From Candidatus Dadabacteria bacterium (GTDB taxonomy: Bacteria; Desulfobacterota_D; UBA1144; Nemesobacterales; Nemesobacteraceae), in NCBI GenBank assembly GCA_022827275.1, contig JAJDTG010000008.1:3510-67509 (forward strand): a stretch of DNA of 64,000 bases, given 5' to 3'. The position numbers and the translations under genes are program-made. The number at the start of each line of letters is the position of its first letter. The stretch's first letter is position 1. Below are positions 9,535-19,007 of the stretch, one piece after another. Under the pieces are notes generated by a model, which worked only from the letters and a program-made list of their open reading frames with translations, was not told where the DNA came from and ran no database searches.

Positions 9535-9691
9535 AGGTGGCTTACCGGTGCGCCTGATCTTGCCCCTGAGGTGTTAACCCGCTGAAATAACTTGAATCCA
9601 CAGTGATTCCACTACCCAGTGTCGCCGTGATTTACGCGGTCGATCGGTTATTATTCGCTATCATGCAAGCTGTTTAAGCGACGGTGAGAAA

Positions 9692-10858
9692 ATGTCATCT
9701 GATCACGGACATTCCATATATCTTGACTATAACGCGACTACGCCTCTTGACCCGCGCGTTTTGGAAGAGATGACTCCGTACCTTGCCGGAAATTACGGGA
9801 ATCCTTCCAGCATTCATTCTCCCGGAAGCGTCGCGCGCGCGGCGGTTGATTCCGCCCGCGAGAGAGTATCGGGTTATCTCGGGGCGAGGCCGGGGGAAAT
9901 AGTTTTTACCTCCGGGGGCAGCGAAAGCAACAATTTCGCCATAAAAGGCCTGGCCTACGCTCTTTCTGACAGGGGAAACCATCTGGTTACGACCGCCGTC
10001 GAGCACGCCTCGTGTCTTGAGGCGTTCAGGTTTCTTGAACGCAGGGGTTTCGAGGTCACTTATCTTCCCGTGGATTCCTTCGGACGGGTCTTTCCCGAAC
10101 AGTTCCGGGAAGCGATTACCGAGCGTACGATCCTTGTTTCCTGCATGTACGTGAACAACGAGACCGGAGTCATAAGCCCGGTTCGCGATATAGGAGAAAT
10201 TGCCCGCGAGAGGGGGGTGTTTTTCCATACGGACGCTGTTCAGGCTCTGGGAAAGATGGAAATCGATCTTGGGGGTCTGCCGGTGGACATGGCGTCTTTT
10301 TCCGCCCATAAGATATGCGGTCCCAAGGGAGCGGGGGCTCTTTATCTAAGAAAAGGAGTCGCCCTTGAACCTTTCGTGCACGGCGGTGGGCAGGAGAGGG
10401 GGAAGAGATCGGGAACGGAGAACGTGGCGGCTGTCTGCGGATTCGGCTGTGCGTGCGAGTTTCTGCGTGGAGAGCTTGAGACGGAAAACGAAAGACTGGG
10501 GAAGCTGCGCGACCGTCTTTTCGAAGAGCTTTCCCGGGAAATAGAGAATGTTTACCTGAACGGACATCCCGAAGCGAGAGTTTCCAATACCCTTAACGTC
10601 GGTTTTCCGGGCACTCCGGGTGATTCGGTGGTAATGAATCTCGATACCGCCGGAGTGGCGGTTTCAACCGGTTCCGCCTGCTCCGAGGGAAACGTTGACC
10701 CTTCCCACGTGCTGATCGCCATGGGACTCGAAGAGCAGGAAGCGCTCTGTTCGGTCAGGTTCAGCTTCGGCCGTTTTACCCGTTCGGAGGAAGTCGACAG
10801 GGTGATCGAGCTTCTTCCCGCAATAGTGAGGAGGATAAGGACCCTTCGGGATTTCTGA
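9692..10858 (+). CDS. cysteine desulfurase (NifS/IscS-like), second paralog
   Basis: YLDYNATTP, SSIHSPG and FTSGGSESNN motifs plus a C-terminal active-site Cys region (STGSACSEG). Diverged paralog of 5131..6294 on the opposite strand. Confidence 0.85.
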   Translation: MSSDHGHSIYLDYNATTPLDPRVLEEMTPYLAGNYGNPSSIHSPGSVARAAVDSARERVSGYLGARPGEIVFTSGGSESNNFAIKGLAYALSDRGNHLVTTAVEHASCLEAFRFLERRGFEVTYLPVDSFGRVFPEQFREAITERTILVSCMYVNNETGVISPVRDIGEIARERGVFFHTDAVQALGKMEIDLGGLPVDMASFSAHKICGPKGAGALYLRKGVALEPFVHGGGQERGKRSGTENVAAVCGFGCACEFLRGELETENERLGKLRDRLFEELSREIENVYLNGHPEARVSNTLNVGFPGTPGDSVVMNLDTAGVAVSTGSACSEGNVDPSHVLIAMGLEEQEALCSVRFSFGRFTRSEEVDRVIELLPAIVRRIRTLRDF

Positions 10859-10924
10859 CGGGATGTCCGGGAACCGCTTGCCGAGTTCTGCATACCAGCC
10901 AGCGGCACTTATTTGCCGCCCGAA

Positions 10925-11965
10925 TTAGGGATAAAGCGGGACGGAGTCAAGTCCCAGGCTCTCGGGAAGGTCAAGCATGATGTTCATGTTCTGTATCGCT
11001 TGGCCGGAGGCTCCCTTTACCAGATTGTCTATGGCACAGACAATTATCGCGGTTTTTTTCTCTGGGTTTGCCCTTACACCTATGTCGCAGAAATTTGAAC
11101 CCCTGACGCAGGAGGTGTTTGGAAAACTCCCCTCGGGGAGAATCCTCACGAAGGACGAGTTCTCGTAGAATTGCCCGAGAGCGTCCAGCAGTTCCCGGGT
11201 CTTATGGCTTCCCGAGAGGTTTACGTATATTGTCGAGAGTATTCCCCTGTTTATCGGTATAAGATGCGGGGTGAAAGCGACTTCCACCTTGCTGCCCAGA
11301 AAATCCGAGAGTCCCTGTTCTATTTCAGGGGTATGACGGTGTTCGCCTACCTTGTAGGCTTTCATTCCTTCGGAGACCTCGCAGAAATGAAGATCAAGCG
11401 AAGGGTTTCTTCCTGCTCCCGAAGCTCCGGATTTGGAATCAATTATAATCCCCTCCGTCTCCACCATGCCGTTTTCAAGAAGCGGCGCGAGTGGAAGGAT
11501 TGAAGAGGTAGGGTAGCACCCGGGGTTTGCCACCAGTTTTGTTTCCGATATCCGTTCCGCGTGCAGTTCAGGGATTCCGTAGACGGCGTTTTCGAGAAGG
11601 TGGGCGCACGGATGATCCCCGTACCAGTCCCTGTAGGTGCCTTCCCTGAGACGGAAATCCGCCCCGAGATCAATTATCCTTACGTCCCTTCCGTAAATTT
11701 CTTCTATGAGTTCGGCCGACGCTCCGTGAGGAAGCGCGGCGAATACCACGTCGGTATCGTCCGGGATGAGCGAGGGGTCCGAACTGCTGAGCTCGAGATC
11801 GGCTATTTCGCCAAGGTGCGGAAAGACCTCGGCCAGAGCACGACCTGCGTGCCTTGACGCTGTTAAATGCGAAATGCTGGCCCGGGGATGTCCCCTAATC
11901 AGCCTTATGAGTTCTGCTCCCGTGTAGCCGCTTGCTCCGAGAATACATACGTTAAGATTCTTCAT
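10925..11965 (-). CDS. argC: N-acetyl-gamma-glutamyl-phosphate reductase
   Basis: 346 aa. N-terminal ILGASGYTGAELIRLI NAD-binding motif and a catalytic GCYPT region typical of ArgC. Confidence 0.9.
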   Translation of the reverse strand: MKNLNVCILGASGYTGAELIRLIRGHPRASISHLTASRHAGRALAEVFPHLGEIADLELSSSDPSLIPDDTDVVFAALPHGASAELIEEIYGRDVRIIDLGADFRLREGTYRDWYGDHPCAHLLENAVYGIPELHAERISETKLVANPGCYPTSSILPLAPLLENGMVETEGIIIDSKSGASGAGRNPSLDLHFCEVSEGMKAYKVGEHRHTPEIEQGLSDFLGSKVEVAFTPHLIPINRGILSTIYVNLSGSHKTRELLDALGQFYENSSFVRILPEGSFPNTSCVRGSNFCDIGVRANPEKKTAIIVCAIDNLVKGASGQAIQNMNIMLDLPESLGLDSVPLYP

Positions 11966-12104
11966 TACCGAGAAACGATACTACGGGAATCAGAAAAACT
12001 CAATCCGCCCCGGGCAATTCAGACATTTGTCCGGGAGATGACATGAGCAACCTTAAATTCTCGGCGTTCGTTCCGGAATTTTCGGGGGTTTTCGGCGGCG
12101 TTTT

Positions 12105-12121
12105 ATTATCCGGTACAATTA
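12105..12121 (+). repeat. 17-bp direct repeat ATTATCCGGTACAATTA (copy 1 of 2)
   Basis: An identical 17-mer recurs at 15435..15451. Together the two copies bracket the RND permease gene and its promoter. Confidence 0.8.
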
Positions 12122-12241
12122 ACAAAAGGCGTTTTGAGGCCGTGGTTTACCGCAGACCGGGTGGAAGCTCCGTTTAACGAGGCAAGACAAGGTTTCAAGT
12201 CCGCAGGAGGAAAACCTGCCGATACCGAGAAAACATACCGC

Positions 12242-12270
12242 TTGATCAGTTCCCCCCCCCCCCATATTCA
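12242..12270 (+). promoter_or_regulatory. candidate sigma70-type promoter with a C12 homopolymer in the spacer (TTGATC-N17-TATTCA)
   Basis: TTGATC at 12242..12247. The spacer contains 12 consecutive C at 12252..12263. TATTCA at 12265..12270. Lies about 45 bp upstream of the RND permease start. Confidence 0.45.
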
Positions 12271-12314
12271 GGGTCATAATTGAGCGTACACTAGGCATTA
12301 TCGACTGATTCTCC

Positions 12315-15300
12315 ATGCACATCGCCGATTTTTCAGTAAGAAACTCCTTTTTCGTAAACCTGCTGATGGGAGCCATAATGTTTATAGGGCTTCTGTTTGC
12401 ATTCTCTCTTCCTCTTGAACTGTTCCCGTCGGTAAAACTCGAAATGGTGACGGTAACCACGTCTTTTCCGGGTTCCTCCGCCGAAGACGTCGAGAACCTT
12501 GTAAGTGTTCCAATTGAGCAGCAGATAAAGAACATCTCCGGCGTCAAGATCGTAAAATCCGTTTCTTCCGAAGGGTTTTCGCGGGTTACGGCTGAGGTTC
12601 ACCCAGGTGAAGACACCAGAAGGATCGCCTGGGAGATTGATTCCAAGGTCAACCAGATAGCAGACGATCTTCCCGAGGATGCCGAAGAACCCGTAACAGA
12701 AGAGCAAAAAGCGAGTTTTCCGCTGGTGGGCGTTTCGGTCTCAGGGGATATACCAAGAAATATTCTCTATAGCAACGCCAGAAAACTGCGGGATGAGCTT
12801 GCGCTTTTAGACGGTGTTGACAACGTAACTTCCGTCGGACTGCCTGACCCGGCAATATGGGTCTACCTGGATTACCCGAAGATGGTGCAGTTTGGAGTGG
12901 GGATCGAGGAGATTTCAGATGCCATCAATGCGAGAAATCTGGATATTCCCGGGGCGAGTTTTACTCGGAACAGAGCTGATTTTCTGCTTAGAACCGAGGG
13001 CAAGATAAGATCTGTGAAAGATCTTCTCGATATTCCGGTTGCCAGGAACATCGAGGGTAAACATGTTCTGCTTCGCGATGTGGCGACGGTAGCTCTCGGG
13101 GAACAGCGAGAAAACCTGAGATCGAGGATAAACGGTCGTCCTGCGATTACTTTCTGGGTGGAGAAGCAGAAAAACGTTGATATCCTCGATGCCGTCGGTC
13201 ACGTAAGGCAGCTTGCCGAAAAATACGAAAACGAGATTCCCGAAGATGCGGAGATAACCCTGACGTTTGACAGGTCGCACTGGGTGAAAAGCCGTCTTCG
13301 GACCATGCTTAAAAGCGGGGGTCTGGGGTTTGTTCTGGTAGTAATCCTTCTCGCTCTTTTTCTTGATCGCAAGGCGGCCTTCATAGCCGCCCTGGGGATT
13401 CCCGTTTCTTTTCTGGGTGCCGCGATATTGATGAAGATGACCGGCACAACGCTCAATGTTCTTTCCATGTTCGGTCTTATAATGATGCTGGGAATGGTGG
13501 TGGACGATGCCATAATCGTTGTTGAGAATGTCCAGAGATATATATCAAGGGGAGTGGAACCGCTGAGGGCGGCGGTAATAGGGACAAGGGAGGTTGCCTG
13601 GCCGGTGGTTGCGACTGTGCTGACCAATGTCGCCGCGTTTACCCCTCTTCTTCTTGCCACGGGGCTAATCGGACAGTTTCTTTCCGTAATTCCCAAGGTT
13701 GCGATTTTCGCCCTTTGCTTCTCCCTTTTCGAAGCCCTGGTGATCATGCCGTCTCACTGCGCCGACTGGCTTCCGGCAAACGGCAGAGCGAGACCTCCTC
13801 GCGGAAACGCGGCGCTTCTGCGCGTAAGAGGACTGTATCTGCGGGGACTTCTGTTTGCGCTTAGAAACCGCTATGTGGTAATAGGATGTTTCACGGCTAT
13901 TTTTTCTTTTTCAGTGTATGTGTTTGTTCAGATTCCCAACGTGATGTTCTACCTTCATGATACTGAGGAAATAATGATAAGGGTTGAAAATCCCCCCTCA
14001 TCCAGCCTGGAGAATACAGCCGTCTCCGTAGCCCAGGTGGAGGAAGCCGTGCGCCGCAGCGTCCCCCCTCATGTTCTGAGAAACACCTTATCCATGGTTG
14101 GCCTCGATATGTCGGATTCTGAAAACCTGTTTTCCACGGGAGACCACGTGGCCTCGGTTCTGGTTCAATACGAGGATTACTCTGCCAGAAAGGAAAACGC
14201 GCTTGAACTCTCCGAGGTTGCGGAGAGAAGGGCAGGGGAAACGGTTACGGGGGCCAAGCAGGTTGATTTCCTCACAACAACGGGTCCTCCCACCGGAAAA
14301 CCGGTGGACGTCAAAATAAGCGGGGATGAAGTGCCGGTGCTGATGGAGATAGCTTCCCGGGTCCGGGAGTATCTGAGTAGTCAGCCGGGGGTGAGTGCCG
14401 CAACCAGCAATCTTGTTTACGGAAAGCCCGAGGCGAGAGTTGAGATAGACGAGAGGAAAGCCGGGGTGTTCGGTATTGACAAGTGGAGCGTGTCGCGGGA
14501 AATCAAGGCCCTTGGGGACGGTCTCACGGTTGCGAAGACCAGAGTGGGTGAGGAAGAGGCCGAGATAAATCTGCGATACGGAAGGGGAGAGTCCAGTGTT
14601 TTCTCGGTGAAATCGCACCAGATTCTGACTCCTCTAGGTCAACGGGTTCCCATCGGCACTGTGGCGGAGATAGCGGACTCCAAGACGCCGCTTGAGATAA
14701 GAAGGGAGAAGCTTCGAAGAACAGTCACCGTAACAGCCGAAGTGGATACTCAAGCGACCACTTCAAGAGAAGTGAACGCAGACCTTTCACACCACCTCGA
14801 CAGCCTTCTGGAGAACTACCCGGGCTACTCGTTTCGGTTCGCAGGGGAGGAAGAGCAATATACTCAGGCTATAAGCGACATAAAAAAAGCGTCGCTTTTG
14901 GCCCTGCTTCTCATTTATCTCATTCTCGCAAGCATACTGCGCTCCGTCTTTCAGCCTCTTATAATAATGAGTGTGCTGCCTTTCTGTGTTACGGGAGTGA
15001 TCATAGCGATTCTGCTGCGCGGCGAACCTATGACGCTTCCCGCCATAATAGGAATGGTTGCGCTTCTGGGAATAGTGGTGAACGACAGTTTGCTGCTGAT
15101 GAATTTTATCAACCGAAGGGTGAAAAAGATGCCGAGCAAGGTAACAGCGGTGGTATTTTCCGCCAGGTATCGTTTCCGCCCGATTGTTCTTACCACTCTT
15201 ACGACCTTCTCGGGGCTTTTCTCCCTGATGTTCGCCTATAAGGGCCAGGCGGGCATTCTCGCTCCGATGGCGGCTTCCCTGGGATTCGGGCTTGTTTTTT

Positions 15301-15428
15301 CGACCTTCGTCATACTTTACCTCGTACCCTGTCTTTATCTGGTTCTTGACGATATTGGCAAGCGGCTGCGGCATTTCAGACGGACAAGAATATGGGTGTC
15401 GGCTGACGGTTCCCCGCAGACTGGCTAG
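12315..15428 (+). CDS. efflux RND transporter permease subunit (AcrB/AcrD family)
   Basis: 1037 aa with 12-TM topology, large periplasmic loops, and conserved AcrB-like TM4 (GLIMMLGMVVDDAIIVVEN) and TM10 motifs. Confidence 0.9.
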   Translation: MHIADFSVRNSFFVNLLMGAIMFIGLLFAFSLPLELFPSVKLEMVTVTTSFPGSSAEDVENLVSVPIEQQIKNISGVKIVKSVSSEGFSRVTAEVHPGEDTRRIAWEIDSKVNQIADDLPEDAEEPVTEEQKASFPLVGVSVSGDIPRNILYSNARKLRDELALLDGVDNVTSVGLPDPAIWVYLDYPKMVQFGVGIEEISDAINARNLDIPGASFTRNRADFLLRTEGKIRSVKDLLDIPVARNIEGKHVLLRDVATVALGEQRENLRSRINGRPAITFWVEKQKNVDILDAVGHVRQLAEKYENEIPEDAEITLTFDRSHWVKSRLRTMLKSGGLGFVLVVILLALFLDRKAAFIAALGIPVSFLGAAILMKMTGTTLNVLSMFGLIMMLGMVVDDAIIVVENVQRYISRGVEPLRAAVIGTREVAWPVVATVLTNVAAFTPLLLATGLIGQFLSVIPKVAIFALCFSLFEALVIMPSHCADWLPANGRARPPRGNAALLRVRGLYLRGLLFALRNRYVVIGCFTAIFSFSVYVFVQIPNVMFYLHDTEEIMIRVENPPSSSLENTAVSVAQVEEAVRRSVPPHVLRNTLSMVGLDMSDSENLFSTGDHVASVLVQYEDYSARKENALELSEVAERRAGETVTGAKQVDFLTTTGPPTGKPVDVKISGDEVPVLMEIASRVREYLSSQPGVSAATSNLVYGKPEARVEIDERKAGVFGIDKWSVSREIKALGDGLTVAKTRVGEEEAEINLRYGRGESSVFSVKSHQILTPLGQRVPIGTVAEIADSKTPLEIRREKLRRTVTVTAEVDTQATTSREVNADLSHHLDSLLENYPGYSFRFAGEEEQYTQAISDIKKASLLALLLIYLILASILRSVFQPLIIMSVLPFCVTGVIIAILLRGEPMTLPAIIGMVALLGIVVNDSLLLMNFINRRVKKMPSKVTAVVFSARYRFRPIVLTTLTTFSGLFSLMFAYKGQAGILAPMAASLGFGLVFSTFVILYLVPCLYLVLDDIGKRLRHFRRTRIWVSADGSPQTG

Positions 15429-15434
15429 CATCGG

Positions 15435-15451
15435 ATTATCCGGTACAATTA
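15435..15451 (+). repeat. 17-bp direct repeat ATTATCCGGTACAATTA (copy 2 of 2)
   Basis: Identical to 12105..12121. Begins 7 nt after the RND permease stop codon. Confidence 0.8.
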
Positions 15452-15659
15452 CGCAAATGTTTTTTTGGGCTTGCTTTGCTGGAGACCGGGTGGAAAGAAT
15501 CAGATAAAAATTGGTGTGGTCAAACATTGGCCTGATCTTGTGTGCATATTTGAGCGACAAAATGTGCCGACAATTGATTTTTCTATTGGCTAGAGAAGGG
15601 TGAATGTATAATTCCCTATAGTTTTTGCAAGTTCAAAGTCAAGTTTCGGAGGTTTCACG

Positions 15660-16667
15660 ATGTCTATCAGAGTTGGAATAAACGGTTTCGGAAGAATAGG
15701 GAGGCACGTGCTCAGAATCGGTCTCGGCAGAGAAGGCCTTGAGTTCGTGGGAATAAACGATATTACAGACACCGAAACTCTGGCCCATCTTTTCAAGTAC
15801 GATTCGGTGTTCGGCCGCTACCCGGGAGAGGTAAAGTGCGACGGTGAGGGGATAACAGTTGATGGAAAATTCATAAGGGTGTTCTCGGAGAGAGACCCTG
15901 CGAATATTCCGTGGGCCGATACGGGAGCGCAGATAGTGGCTGAGGCAAGCGGCATTTTCAGAACCCGCGAGGCCGCCGCGGCGCATATGGGCGAGACCGT
16001 GAAGAAGGTAATAATTACCGCGCCGGCAAGCGGCAAGGTGGATTTCACCACGGTAATGGGCATAAATGATCACGACTACGAGCCTGAAGGTCACGACGTG
16101 ATTTCAAACGCATCCTGCACCACCAACTGCTTCGGGCTGCTGGTCAAGGTTCTCCACGAGAATTTCTCGATCAAACGTGGAGAGATGACCACGATACACT
16201 CCTATACGAACGATCAGAGGATACTCGACACTCCGCATAAGGATAAAAGAAGGGCGAGAGCGGCAGCCCTCTCCATTATCCCCACCAGCACGGGGGCCGC
16301 AAACGCCATACAGATTGTTTTCCCAGAGCTTAAAGGGAAACTCTCGGCGGTAGCCGTAAGGGTGCCTACGCCCAACGTGTCGCTTGTGGACTTTACCTGC
16401 GAGGTGGAAAAAGGAACTTCCGTGGATGAGGTGAATGCCAAGTTCAAGGAGGCGGCTGAAGGAGCGCTTAACGGTTACCTCGCTTACGTCGAGGACGAAA
16501 TCGTTTCTTCCGATCTTGTGGGAGATACCCATTCCTCCTCTTTTGACTCATTGCTGACTTCGGTGGTAGAGGATAATCTGGTCAAGGTCGTTGCCTGGTA
16601 CGATAACGAGTACGGATACACTTCCAGGGTGGTTGATCTTATAGAGCTTGTCGGGAGAGAGCTTTGA
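15660..16667 (+). CDS. gap: type I glyceraldehyde-3-phosphate dehydrogenase
   Basis: N-terminal INGFGRIGR NAD-binding motif and catalytic ASCTTNC motif. 335 aa. Confidence 0.95.
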   Translation: MSIRVGINGFGRIGRHVLRIGLGREGLEFVGINDITDTETLAHLFKYDSVFGRYPGEVKCDGEGITVDGKFIRVFSERDPANIPWADTGAQIVAEASGIFRTREAAAAHMGETVKKVIITAPASGKVDFTTVMGINDHDYEPEGHDVISNASCTTNCFGLLVKVLHENFSIKRGEMTTIHSYTNDQRILDTPHKDKRRARAAALSIIPTSTGAANAIQIVFPELKGKLSAVAVRVPTPNVSLVDFTCEVEKGTSVDEVNAKFKEAAEGALNGYLAYVEDEIVSSDLVGDTHSSSFDSLLTSVVEDNLVKVVAWYDNEYGYTSRVVDLIELVGREL

Positions 16668-17863
16668 AGAAAAAGCTTCTTGTAACAGACCTTCCCTGCT
16701 CGGAGTACGAGGGGAAAAGGGTTTTCGTAAGGGTTGATTTCAATGTTCCCGTAACCGGCGGAAAGATAAGAGAAGACTACAGGATAAGACGCACTATTCC
16801 CACGATCGATTACCTTACAAGATGCGGGGCGAGGGTAATACTGGCTTCCCACATGGGAAGACCGAAGGGACGCAGGATAGAAAACCTTTCAATGGCTCCG
16901 GTGGCGGAGAGGCTTAACGAGTTTCTGGGGATTAAGGTCCGTTTCCCGGGCGCAGTTGTTGGAAGGAAAGTTGAAAACGCCTCGAAAAAGCTTAAAAACG
17001 GCGAGGTAATGCTCCTTGAGAACCTCAGGTACCACAATGAGGAGACGGTGAACGATGCGGATTTCTCGCGGAAACTCGCCTCTTTGGCCGATATCTACGT
17101 GAACGAAGCTTTCGGCACCTCGCACAGGGCTCATGCCTCCACTTATGGAATGACGGTTCACTTCGAGAAAAAGCTCGCGGGCCTCATGGTGGGGAACGAA
17201 ATAAAGTTTCTGAACCGCCTCATAAAGAGACCCAAAAAACCCTACTTGGTCATCGTCGGGGGAATGAAGATAAAGGATAAGATAGGGGCACTCAAGAACA
17301 TAATAAAAAAGGCGGACATGGTCCTTGTGGGCGGCGGGGTGGCCTATACTTTTCTTGCAGCGCGTGGTGTTAGCGTCGGGAAGTGTTCAGTGGAGAAGGA
17401 GATGCTTTGCTGGGCCCGGGAAGCTCTTGAAACCTACAAGGAAAAAATCCTTCTGCCCGTTGACCACGTGATGTCCGAGGCCGCCGACGGCAGAAAAACG
17501 CGGGTAGTAGTTACGGCCGCGGAGATTCCCGAAGACATGACGGCTTTTGACATAGGGCCGAAGACGGTTGAGAAATTCACCTCGCATATAAAGGGGGAAG
17601 GCACGGTTTTCTGGAACGGCCCCATGGGATTTTTCGAGGTGGACGATTTTTCAAACGGCACAAGTGCCATCGCCAGATCATTTGCGCTTGCCACGTGGAG
17701 GGGAGCTACCACGGTTCTTGGAGGAGGAGACAGCGTGGCGGCGCTTAAAAAGTGCGGGGTCAAGTTCTCCGAAGCAACCCACGTGTCAACCGGGGGCGGG
17801 GCCTGTTTTGAATTCCTCGGAGGATCTGACCTTCCCGGAATATCCATTCTCAGTGACAGCTAG
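16664..17863 (+). CDS. pgk: phosphoglycerate kinase
   Basis: VFVRVDFNVP and GGGDS...GGGA motifs. Apparent TTG start overlapping the gap stop by 4 nt, which suggests translational coupling. Confidence 0.95.
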   Translation: MKKKLLVTDLPCSEYEGKRVFVRVDFNVPVTGGKIREDYRIRRTIPTIDYLTRCGARVILASHMGRPKGRRIENLSMAPVAERLNEFLGIKVRFPGAVVGRKVENASKKLKNGEVMLLENLRYHNEETVNDADFSRKLASLADIYVNEAFGTSHRAHASTYGMTVHFEKKLAGLMVGNEIKFLNRLIKRPKKPYLVIVGGMKIKDKIGALKNIIKKADMVLVGGGVAYTFLAARGVSVGKCSVEKEMLCWAREALETYKEKILLPVDHVMSEAADGRKTRVVVTAAEIPEDMTAFDIGPKTVEKFTSHIKGEGTVFWNGPMGFFEVDDFSNGTSAIARSFALATWRGATTVLGGGDSVAALKKCGVKFSEATHVSTGGGACFEFLGGSDLPGISILSDS

Positions 17864-17919
17864 GGCCCGATCAGGTATTTATTTCAGTAGGATCTTAAGA
17901 TTTTTTCAAGGGAGAACCC

Positions 17920-18993
17920 ATGGCCATAAAAGAACTCAAGAAGATCAATGATATAGAGGCGGTGCTGGGAGAGGACTCGGGATACCTGCTCGGTCACAAG
18001 TGCACGACGATAAGCAAAAAAGACCTTTATCTCCCCGGCCCGGACTACGTGGACGAGGTGTTTGTGCAGAACGACCGATCGCCCGCAGTGATAAGAAACC
18101 TGCAGACCATTCTTGACCACGGTCGCCTCGGGGGAACGGGATACCTATCAATCCTGCCGGTGGACCAGGGAGTTGAGCACTCCGCGGGAGCATCCTTTGC
18201 GGTCAATCCCATGTATTTCGATCCGGAGAACATAGTGAAGCTTGCCATGGAAGGGGGATGTAACGGCGTTGCCTCGACCGTGGGAGCGCTGGCCTCTGTT
18301 TCAAGGAAATACGCACACAAGATTCCTTTTATAGCCAAAGTCAACCACAATGAGCTTCTGAGCTATCCTAATACTTTTGACCAGATTCTTTTCGGAAACG
18401 TGGACCAGGCCTTTCAGATGGGAGCCGTAGCGGTCGGAGCTACCATATACTTCGGTTCCGAGGAAAGCCCCCGTCAGATCCAGGAAATATCGGAGGTTTT
18501 CAGCCACGCTCATTCTCTGGGACTTGCAACCATTCTCTGGGCTTACCTGAGAAACCCGGATTTCAAGCAGGACGAGGCCGATTATCATGTTTCGGCTGAT
18601 CTCACGGGACAGGCGAACCATCTCTCGGTGACCATAGGGGCGGATATAGTCAAGCAGAAGCTCCCGGAAAACAACGGAGGCTTTACGGCTCTTTCCTTCG
18701 GAAAAACCCACGAACGGGTTTATTCGGAGCTTACCTCTGACCACCCCATAGACCTTACCCGCTACCAGGTCGCGAACTGCTACATGGGGAGGCTGGGACT
18801 GATAAATTCGGGAGGCGCCTCGGGCTCCGACGATCTTGCAGACGCGGTGAGAACTGCCATTGTAAACAAAAGAGCGGGAGGAATGGGACTCATAAGCGGA
18901 AGAAAATCTTTCCAGAAACCCTTTAAGGAAGGGGTCGCGCTTCTAAAGAGTATTCAGAACGTCTACCTGGAGCGGGAAATCACGATTGCCTGA
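17920..18993 (+). CDS. fbaB: class I fructose-bisphosphate aldolase (FbaB/DhnA family)
   Basis: 357 aa with DhnA-type aldolase features. Located in the gap-pgk glycolytic block. Confidence 0.75.
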   Translation: MAIKELKKINDIEAVLGEDSGYLLGHKCTTISKKDLYLPGPDYVDEVFVQNDRSPAVIRNLQTILDHGRLGGTGYLSILPVDQGVEHSAGASFAVNPMYFDPENIVKLAMEGGCNGVASTVGALASVSRKYAHKIPFIAKVNHNELLSYPNTFDQILFGNVDQAFQMGAVAVGATIYFGSEESPRQIQEISEVFSHAHSLGLATILWAYLRNPDFKQDEADYHVSADLTGQANHLSVTIGADIVKQKLPENNGGFTALSFGKTHERVYSELTSDHPIDLTRYQVANCYMGRLGLINSGGASGSDDLADAVRTAIVNKRAGGMGLISGRKSFQKPFKEGVALLKSIQNVYLEREITIA

Positions 18994-19007
18994 GGAGTGT
19001 CGGGCAC

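Noticed and set aside
12119-12547. 142-aa minus-strand ORF upstream of and overlapping the RND permease start
   Set aside because: It overlaps the promoter and 5' end of the permease gene. It has no family resemblance and a hydrophobic, low-complexity composition.
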